DNA from: Acaryochloris thomasi RCC1774
GTDB taxonomy: Bacteria; Cyanobacteriota; Cyanobacteriia; Thermosynechococcales; Thermosynechococcaceae
Assembly (NCBI RefSeq): GCF_003231495.1
Contig: NZ_PQWO01000007.1
Span: 90,001-122,000 of the forward strand
Length of the DNA: 32,000 nucleotides
Direction of reading: 5' to 3'
A program made the position numbers and the translations under genes. Position 1 is the first letter of the stretch. Each line of letters begins with the position of its first letter. The notes under the pieces are model-generated. The model did not search any database and had not been told where the DNA came from. It worked only from the letters and a program-made list of their open reading frames with translations. This document shows positions 25,686-32,000 of the stretch, in pieces.

Positions 25686-27620
25686 ATGCACCAGATGTTG
25701 CAGTTGAATCGCATCAAACAGCTTCGAGTAGGGCTGTTGTTGCCTGGCCTGTGGGGCGGACTGCTGTGGTGCTTACCTGTTGATGCGGCTCAACTAAAGT
25801 CCTGGCGTTTTGATCAAACTCAAAATCAGCTGCGGTTCACTACGGATCAGGCGGTGAGTCCGAGGGTGCAGCTGATCCCTGATCCGACTCGACTGGTGGT
25901 GGATCTGCCGGGGGTTACCTTAGGCCGACCTACGGTCACACAAAATGTAGGTGCCCAGTTTCGCAGCGTTAGGGTGGGACAGTTTGACGCTCAAACGGCC
26001 CGTATTGTTGTTGAACTTGCTCCTGGGTATATTGTTGATCCAGCGCAGGTCAAGGTTGAAGGTAACTCCCCTACCAACTGGTCAATCAAGCTGCCTGAAC
26101 CCAGTGTATGGCAACAAAACTCAGCTGCGTCTTCATCCCCAACAATCGCATCCCCCACAGAAGCATCGCCGGATCTACCTGAGGCTCCAGAAAGTGGAGG
26201 CTCAGCCCCACCTCCTGTGGCCATTGCCAATTCTGCGCCGACTGCGGCCGAGCCAGCACCTCAGACGGATACGGTTGCCGCTGCTAACCGAACAACTATC
26301 CGTGATCTGGTTGTGACTAATGATGGGTTCTTCTTTAAAACAGTGGGGCCAAAGCCTGACGTTAAGCTGCGCAATAGTCGAGATAGGGAGACGGTGACTC
26401 TTGAGGTTAAGGATGCGGCTTTCATTTCAGAGCTGCGCCAAAAAATATTCAAACCTCGGTATCACGGTGTTGAAAGCATTACCCTGCAGGAGGGACCAGA
26501 TCCTGGAATGGCCCTCATTACGATGAAAGTGAATTCCGAGAGTCGGGGGTGGCGAGCGAGCGTTAGCAAATTTAGCGGCATTGTGCTGTCCCCCAAGCGG
26601 AAGACGGCAGGTACCCGAAAGCCACCTTCTGCTTCAAGCTTGATTCCCAGGCCGACGAGAACGGCTGATGCCTCGAAGAACGGACAGTTAGCCACCATTC
26701 GTGCCATTGATCTGGGAGGCGATCAGCTGCTGATTCGGGCAGACGGGCAGCTATCCTACACGCAGGGATGGGAAGGATCCACCTACCGGATTACGGTGAG
26801 ATCAGCCCAGATTGCCCCCGGATTGAGAGCGCCTCAGGTGGGGTTAGGTAGTTCATTGTCTGAGGTGCGAATCCTGCAGCAGGATCCGACCACTGTCACA
26901 ATTTTGGCAAAGCCCGCCTCTGGGGTGCGCATCCTGGGCTTGCGGGCATTCAATGCGCAGTCGTTGCTTTTGCAGCTCGCTCGATCCGGCGCACCTGCTC
27001 GGATCCCGACGGCTAACAGACCCGCAACGGTTAGCCCGACGCCTAGACCCTTACCTGCTGTACAGGGGCGGCCTGTGATCGTGATTGATCCGGGTCATGG
27101 TGGTAAGGACCCTGGTGCGATTGGGATTGGCGGGCTACGGGAAACGGATGTCGTTTTAGATATCTCAAATCAGGTGGCTCGCATCTTACAGCAGCAGGGC
27201 GTCGTTGTGCGAATGACGCGGAGTAATGAAACCTTTGTCAGCCTCCAGGGTCGGGTCGCTTATGCTGAGCGGGCTAGAGCGACTGCCTTTGTTAGCATTC
27301 ACGCTAACGCAATCAGTCTGAGTCGGCCTGATGTGAATGGTTTAGAAACCTATCATGCCCCGGGTGCGCGTCTAGGCTCGCGGCTAGCGCGGACGATTCA
27401 CAACACTATTTTGCGGAATATCAGCATGGGCAGTCGCGGAGTGAGGTCGGCTCGGTTTTATGTTTTGCGTAAGTCATCAATGCCTGCGGTGTTGGTGGAA
27501 ACAGGCTTTTTGACGGGTCGCGACGACAACCCTCGCTTGCGCAATCCGGCATGGCGAACGCAAATGGCACAATCTATTGCTCAGGGGGTTCTCAACTATC
27601 TTTCTGGTCGCTATAACTAG
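25686..27620 (+). CDS. amiC: N-acetylmuramoyl-L-alanine amidase (Amidase_3) with N-terminal AMIN domain(s), AmiC type
   Basis: A signal peptide is followed by an AMIN domain (LKSWRFDQTQNQLRFTTD...PTRLVVDLPGV...ARIVVEL) and a Pro/Ala/Ser linker. The C-terminal catalytic domain has VIVIDPGHGGKDPGAIG, ETDVVLDI, FVSIHANA and PAVLVETGFLT. Confidence 0.9.
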   Translation: MHQMLQLNRIKQLRVGLLLPGLWGGLLWCLPVDAAQLKSWRFDQTQNQLRFTTDQAVSPRVQLIPDPTRLVVDLPGVTLGRPTVTQNVGAQFRSVRVGQFDAQTARIVVELAPGYIVDPAQVKVEGNSPTNWSIKLPEPSVWQQNSAASSSPTIASPTEASPDLPEAPESGGSAPPPVAIANSAPTAAEPAPQTDTVAAANRTTIRDLVVTNDGFFFKTVGPKPDVKLRNSRDRETVTLEVKDAAFISELRQKIFKPRYHGVESITLQEGPDPGMALITMKVNSESRGWRASVSKFSGIVLSPKRKTAGTRKPPSASSLIPRPTRTADASKNGQLATIRAIDLGGDQLLIRADGQLSYTQGWEGSTYRITVRSAQIAPGLRAPQVGLGSSLSEVRILQQDPTTVTILAKPASGVRILGLRAFNAQSLLLQLARSGAPARIPTANRPATVSPTPRPLPAVQGRPVIVIDPGHGGKDPGAIGIGGLRETDVVLDISNQVARILQQQGVVVRMTRSNETFVSLQGRVAYAERARATAFVSIHANAISLSRPDVNGLETYHAPGARLGSRLARTIHNTILRNISMGSRGVRSARFYVLRKSSMPAVLVETGFLTGRDDNPRLRNPAWRTQMAQSIAQGVLNYLSGRYN

Positions 27621-27639
27621 GGCCAAAGCGTTGTTGATT

Positions 27640-28590
27640 CTAGGCAAGCAGCGATTGAGCTGTCTTGATGTTCTGCCGTACAGACTGGGCTGAGGCCTCT
27701 AGTGCCTGATGCTCTGATTGCGTGAGATCTAGCTCTAGAACCTTAGAGACGCCCTGACGACCAAGACAGGTGGGCACGCCTAAGAAGATATCTGATAGAC
27801 CATATTGCCCCTGGAGATAGGCTGCGGCAGGTAAGATGCGTGAGCGGTTGAATAGAATAGATTCCACCATCAGGCTGGCGGAGGAGGCGGGGGCAAAGTA
27901 GGCGCTCCCGGCCCGCATGAGGCTGACAATCTCAGCCCCGCCGTTGCGGGTCCGTTCAACTAAGCGGGTAATGGTGTCTGGATCCATGAGTTCGGTGATC
28001 GGAATGCCGCTGACGGTGGTGTATCTCGGTAGGGGCACCATCAGGTCTCCGTGGCCGCCCAACACCATTGCATGCACGTTGCCGATTGAGACTTTCAGTT
28101 CTGTGGCAATGAAGGCTTCAAATCGAGCGGCGTCTAAAACGCCTGCCATCCCCACTACCCGCTCGGGCGAGAAACCGCTGGCCTGCCATGCGAGGTAGGT
28201 CATCACGTCTAGGGGGTTGGTAACGATCAGCAAAATGGCGTTGGGGGAGCTTGCGATCGCATCTTTAACGACAGCTGTCACAATTTTGGCATTGGCCTTG
28301 AGCAAGTCATCTCGGCTCATCCCAGGCTTGCGCGCCAGCCCTGCGGTCACGACCACGACATCAGAATCTTGCGTGTCTGCGTAGTCTGCCGTCCCGATAA
28401 TTAAGCGATCATGGGACTCAAACCCTCGGGCCTCTGTTAAATCAAGGGCTAGACCCTGGGGACGACCGGGTTCAATATCAAGCAGAACAACATCGGCAAT
28501 ATTCTTCTCAGCGATTCGCTGTCCTAGCGTACTGCCGACATTCCCCGAGCCGATAATCGTGACGCGGGGCGGTCCCGCTATAGTGGTCAT
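27640..28590 (-). CDS. mdh: Malate dehydrogenase (LDH-like MDH family)
   Basis: 316-aa ORF. Motifs: Rossmann motif IIGSGNVGS, GLARKPGMSRDDLL, VTNPLD and GGHGD. Confidence 0.88.
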   Translation of the reverse strand: MTTIAGPPRVTIIGSGNVGSTLGQRIAEKNIADVVLLDIEPGRPQGLALDLTEARGFESHDRLIIGTADYADTQDSDVVVVTAGLARKPGMSRDDLLKANAKIVTAVVKDAIASSPNAILLIVTNPLDVMTYLAWQASGFSPERVVGMAGVLDAARFEAFIATELKVSIGNVHAMVLGGHGDLMVPLPRYTTVSGIPITELMDPDTITRLVERTRNGGAEIVSLMRAGSAYFAPASSASLMVESILFNRSRILPAAAYLQGQYGLSDIFLGVPTCLGRQGVSKVLELDLTQSEHQALEASAQSVRQNIKTAQSLLA

Positions 28591-28592
28591 GA

Positions 28593-28811
28593 CTACGCTT
28601 TCTTCGCAGCTTCAAGCTGGTCTAGACGCAGCCAGACGTTAGGGGTCGGGACCAAGAACTTTACTTGAGCGTAGTCGCCCTTGACTTCAACGACTTCGCC
28701 AGTCCCTTCAAACACGTAGGGGGGAAGACGTTTGTCGCTTGCCTGAGCTTCGACGCTCCCCTCAAATTTTTCCCGGATAATGCTGACAAAACTTCCTTTT
28801 TTGACGGCCAT
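28593..28811 (-). CDS. ndhO: NAD(P)H-quinone oxidoreductase (NDH-1) subunit O
   Basis: The 72-aa product from ATG 28811 ([68 protein letters not shown]) matches my memory of cyanobacterial NdhO. The track ORF starts 9 codons earlier. The stop lies 2 nt before the mdh ATG. Confidence 0.8.
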   Translation of the reverse strand: MAVKKGSFVSIIREKFEGSVEAQASDKRLPPYVFEGTGEVVEVKGDYAQVKFLVPTPNVWLRLDQLEAAKKA

Positions 28812-28879
28812 AGCTGCGACTTCATGAGATAACTCCAAGGCTATTGTAGTCGTTTCTCTTGGCTCAAAATCAGAACGCT

Positions 28880-30109
28880 TCAGGCAGACTGCAGGCGTTG
28901 GTCCAGAAAACTCAAGATTGCAAGGGCGATCGCAACTGATCCAGCCAACCCGACCCAGTAACTATGGGCAACGGCAGGCGTCTGATCCAAAGCAATGCCG
29001 CCAACTAAAGGTCCGATAAAATAACCCACAGCCCAGCAAAGAGAGTTAATCGATAGATAAACGCCGCGTAAGGATTCGGGCGCTAGCGTTGCCACCAACG
29101 AAGAAGCCGCAGGAGCGTAGATGACGGTTGCGATCGCAACCCCTCCCAGCGCCAAAATTGCCCACAATAAGCCGAAATTCTCTGAGATACCCATCAGTCC
29201 CACCAGCAAGAAGCCAATGGCCCAGGCACAGGCCGATACCATTAGCACCCGAGGACGGCTGAAGCGATTGAGATAGCGCGCCAGCGGCAGTTGCGTGATC
29301 ACGCTCAGGATTAAATTCCAGGTAAATAAACCGCTAATGATTGCTTCGGAGAAGCCCTCGCCCTGCTGGGCAAAGTTCTTGAGATAAAGGGGCAAAACCA
29401 TATTCACCTGGGCTAGATAAGTGGTGATCATGATGTTGACCGTGATGTAAATCAGCAGCCGTCGATCCTGCAGGGCCACGAGCCATCCCTTGGCCCCATG
29501 ACGGCCCCGCGCCGATCCCTGAGCTGACTCTGGAATCGCCACGTAAACGACGCCTAAGAAGATCAGAAACGACACTGAATCGATCACGAATAAAATGCGA
29601 TAGGCGTTTGCAAGAGCAATCAGCGCCCCGCCCACGACCACCCCTAAACTCAGCCCCACATTGTCCGCCAGTCGCGTAATCGCATAGGCTTCATTCCGCT
29701 GCTCTGCCGTACTTAAGTCCGCCACCGTTGATTCTGTGGCCGGCCAGTAGAGTCCCACCCCCATCCCCATAACCAGATTCCCCGCCACCAGAGAGGGGAA
29801 ATCATTGGCAACAGAGATCACCAGTGCAGCAACTGCAGAGATTGCCACCGCCAGCATTAGGGTCCGCCGCCGTCCCCAAAAGGCTGAATCCGTCATCGAC
29901 CCGCCCAGGATGCGGCCCACAACGCCTGAAACCGAGGCGGTGCTGAGGGCAAACCCCACCGATGAGGAGGAAAGACCGACCTGATTGACAAAGAAAATCG
30001 GCAAATAGAAAAACGTCAGGCCACTGCCCCATTGGGAGAGCAGACGACCGGCAGCAAGAATCCAAACTTGGCGATCGAGCTGTGGCAGCCAAGATAAATT
30101 AAGTTTCAT
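28880..30109 (-). CDS. MFS (major facilitator superfamily) transporter
   Basis: 409-aa ORF with about 12 TM helices. An MFS motif-A-like loop sits between TM2 and TM3 ([16 protein letters not shown]). Confidence 0.85.
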   Translation of the reverse strand: MKLNLSWLPQLDRQVWILAAGRLLSQWGSGLTFFYLPIFFVNQVGLSSSSVGFALSTASVSGVVGRILGGSMTDSAFWGRRRTLMLAVAISAVAALVISVANDFPSLVAGNLVMGMGVGLYWPATESTVADLSTAEQRNEAYAITRLADNVGLSLGVVVGGALIALANAYRILFVIDSVSFLIFLGVVYVAIPESAQGSARGRHGAKGWLVALQDRRLLIYITVNIMITTYLAQVNMVLPLYLKNFAQQGEGFSEAIISGLFTWNLILSVITQLPLARYLNRFSRPRVLMVSACAWAIGFLLVGLMGISENFGLLWAILALGGVAIATVIYAPAASSLVATLAPESLRGVYLSINSLCWAVGYFIGPLVGGIALDQTPAVAHSYWVGLAGSVAIALAILSFLDQRLQSA

Positions 30110-30354
30110 ATCATCAGGTCTAGCGGTGCGCGTATTGATTAGGGCATTAAAATGGCGCCGAACACCACGTTTACTAAAGAAGGGCTGCCCTAACTCAGCC
30201 GGGTACTGCTATGTGGGTTGGAACGGTTTGCGTTCCTTGGCTGTCGATGTTTTTATTCCCCTGAGCTTAAATGGGAGAAGTGATACCCACTTTAGGGAAT
30301 CCTAATCATACTGCCTGTTCTGACTGACGCTGACTACCCCGCGATAGATTTGAT

Positions 30355-32000
30355 ATGAAAAAATTATTCCTGTTGGTGCTGTTCCTGGTTGGGCTGGGCT
30401 TCGCCATTGCTAACTTTCCGGGGCTGTCAGCACAAGGCAAATACAGCTCCATTGTTCTAGACTTCAGAGAAAGCTTGAGTACGTCAGACATTGAGCAACG
30501 GGTGGATGCGATCGCAACTCAATACAGCGTCGAAGTTGATTACAACAGCGAATTCTCAAAGAGCGACCATATCTTCGTTCTCAAAGGTCAAGAGGAATTG
30601 CTCAACAAACTCCGCGCCTCTGATCTGAAAGAACTCACAGAATTTATTGAACCTAACTATCTGTATCAGGCATCCCGAGCGCCCAACGACCCTGACTACA
30701 GCAAGCAGTGGAACATGCGCAGCATCAACGTCGAATCTGCTTGGGAACGCACACGCGGCAGAGGCACCACTGTAGCGGTGATTGACACCGGTATTTCAAC
30801 CGTCCCCGACCTGAAGCAGACTCGGCTGGTCCCTGGATATGACTTTGTGAACGATAGAGCAAGTGCAGATGATGACCACGGGCACGGCACGCATGTTGCA
30901 GGCACTGTCGCCCAGTCCACCAACAACGGGTTTGGCGTTTCGGGAATTGCCTATGAGGCTCAGTTGATGCCTCTAAAAGTTCTCAGCCGACAAGGCGGCG
31001 GCACTGTCTCAGATATTGCCGAGGCCATTCGGTTCGCTGCCGACCATAAAGCCGACGTAATTAATATGAGCTTGGGCGGTGGCGGCGAGAGCAAACTGAT
31101 GCGCGAAGCGATTGAATATGCTCATAAAAAAGGTGTCGTTATTGTGGCCGCTGCCGGTAACGCGGGTCGCAACGCCGCCGAATATCCAGCCCGCTATCCC
31201 CACGTGATTGGTGTCTCTGCTTTAGATTCAGTGGGTAATAAAGCCCCTTACTCTAACTTTGGAGCGGGTGTTGATATTGCGGCTCCTGGCGGGTCCATAC
31301 AAGACAGAAACGGAACGGGTGGCATTCTCCAAAACACCATTACGCCACAGGGAGACTCTGTCTTTGCAGCTTTTCAAGGTACCAGTATGGCTGCTCCCCA
31401 CGTTGCGGGGGTTGCAGCCTTGATTCGCTCTTCTGGTATCCAGAATCCTGATCAGGTTGAAAAGATCCTTCAGCAGTCGGCTTTGCCCAGTCCCGGTGAT
31501 TCTGCCAATCATTTTGGGGCCGGGAAGTTAGATGCGGCGGCGGCAGTGGTCCTGTCAGCCCAAAAAAGCTTTGGTTTAGGTGGATTGCTCGCTTGGCTAC
31601 GGAACGGTCTGTTCTTTGGCTCTCGAATTTGGTTTGATGCTGGAGCGATTAACTGGGGGCTTAAGCTTGGCACCTTGGGTTTAGCTTGCCTGATCGCCTG
31701 GTCTTGGCGTTCCCTTTTGCCATCACCCTGGAATAGTTCTTTGCTGATGGGCCTTAATCTAGGCAGCGTCGGCTTTTTTCTACTGCGGGGGCTGTACTTT
31801 GTCGATTTGCCGCAGTGGCCGTTGCGAGTCCTCGGTAGCTCAATTCCCGAACTAGGCGGTGCTTTGCAGGGGACAATCGTATTGAATCCTCTATTTGCAA
31901 ATGCTCTGATTCCGCTATTTTTGATTGCGCTGCTGCTCAGCCATCCGCAGTGGAAGTGGTTCGCGATTGGGAGTGCGATCGGTGTTACGGCTTGTTTGGC
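30355..32000 (+). CDS. S8 (subtilisin-family) serine peptidase with signal peptide, propeptide-like region and C-terminal polytopic membrane domain; 3'-truncated by the window edge
   Basis: This ORF is not in the supplied track because it has no in-window stop. I hand-translated frame 1 from ATG 30355 and it is open through 31998. It starts with a signal peptide (MKKLFLLVLFLVGLGFAIA). The catalytic triad contexts are VAVIDTGIS (Asp), HGHGTHVAG (His) and GTSMAAPHVAG (Ser), with the oxyanion Asn in AAAGNAG. From about nt 31560 the sequence forms successive hydrophobic segments (WGLKLGTLGLACLIAWSW, LLMGLNLGSVGFFLL, LFANALIPLFLIALLL, WFAIGSAIGVTACL). Confidence 0.9.
   Translation, partial: MKKLFLLVLFLVGLGFAIANFPGLSAQGKYSSIVLDFRESLSTSDIEQRVDAIATQYSVEVDYNSEFSKSDHIFVLKGQEELLNKLRASDLKELTEFIEPNYLYQASRAPNDPDYSKQWNMRSINVESAWERTRGRGTTVAVIDTGISTVPDLKQTRLVPGYDFVNDRASADDDHGHGTHVAGTVAQSTNNGFGVSGIAYEAQLMPLKVLSRQGGGTVSDIAEAIRFAADHKADVINMSLGGGGESKLMREAIEYAHKKGVVIVAAAGNAGRNAAEYPARYPHVIGVSALDSVGNKAPYSNFGAGVDIAAPGGSIQDRNGTGGILQNTITPQGDSVFAAFQGTSMAAPHVAGVAALIRSSGIQNPDQVEKILQQSALPSPGDSANHFGAGKLDAAAAVVLSAQKSFGLGGLLAWLRNGLFFGSRIWFDAGAINWGLKLGTLGLACLIAWSWRSLLPSPWNSSLLMGLNLGSVGFFLLRGLYFVDLPQWPLRVLGSSIPELGGALQGTIVLNPLFANALIPLFLIALLLSHPQWKWFAIGSAIGVTACL

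Noticed and set aside
30306-31512. Four short minus-strand track ORFs (61-94 aa) in the right-hand 1.7 kb
   Set aside because: All are antisense to the hand-translated S8 protease ORF, which has a complete catalytic triad. They are artefacts of the track omitting ORFs without an in-window stop.
1-32000. Scan for CRISPR arrays, tRNA/rRNA/tmRNA genes, IS elements or transposases
   Set aside because: I saw no regularly spaced direct repeats, no cloverleaf-capable segments in the intergenic regions I read, and no DDE/integrase-like ORFs. I could not run covariance-model tools, so small ncRNAs cannot be excluded.

Overview
This window reads as cyanobacterial chromosomal DNA. The HIP1 octamer GCGATCGC recurs throughout (e.g. 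189-196, 2824-2831, 3898-3905). Cyanobacteria-typical genes are present: ndhO, an ictB-type membrane protein, an FtsH2-like ftsH, an AMIN-domain amiC and a clpS paralogue. I support about 27 protein-coding genes, mostly ordinary housekeeping and envelope functions. I found no rRNA, tRNA, CRISPR array, transposase or integrase. Several items are not explained by ordinary annotation. (1) A 32-nt C-run/G-run palindromic element occurs three times nearly identically: twice as an inverted pair between two convergent genes and once in frame inside a CDS. An expanded composite relative at 4308-4423 also carries a canonical G-quadruplex motif. (2) A minus-strand envelope gene neighbourhood holds a secreted trypsin-like protease with TPR repeats, a cysteine-free CsgG/HfaB-like protein and a transmembrane Ser/Thr kinase. 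(3) A visibly AT-rich, HIP1-free islet between pcrA and a Uma2 nuclease gene encodes only a 147-aa coiled-coil protein. (4) A tightly packed Uma2 nuclease, SDR and 720-aa FAD-oxidoreductase string looks like an operon. (5) An S8 subtilisin-like protease with a polytopic C-terminal membrane domain runs off the right edge and is absent from the supplied ORF track. (6) A CPBP (Abi/CAAX) protease is fused to a ~420-aa unrecognised N-terminal domain and is open at the left edge. All functional links between neighbours are inference. No searches or structure predictions were possible.
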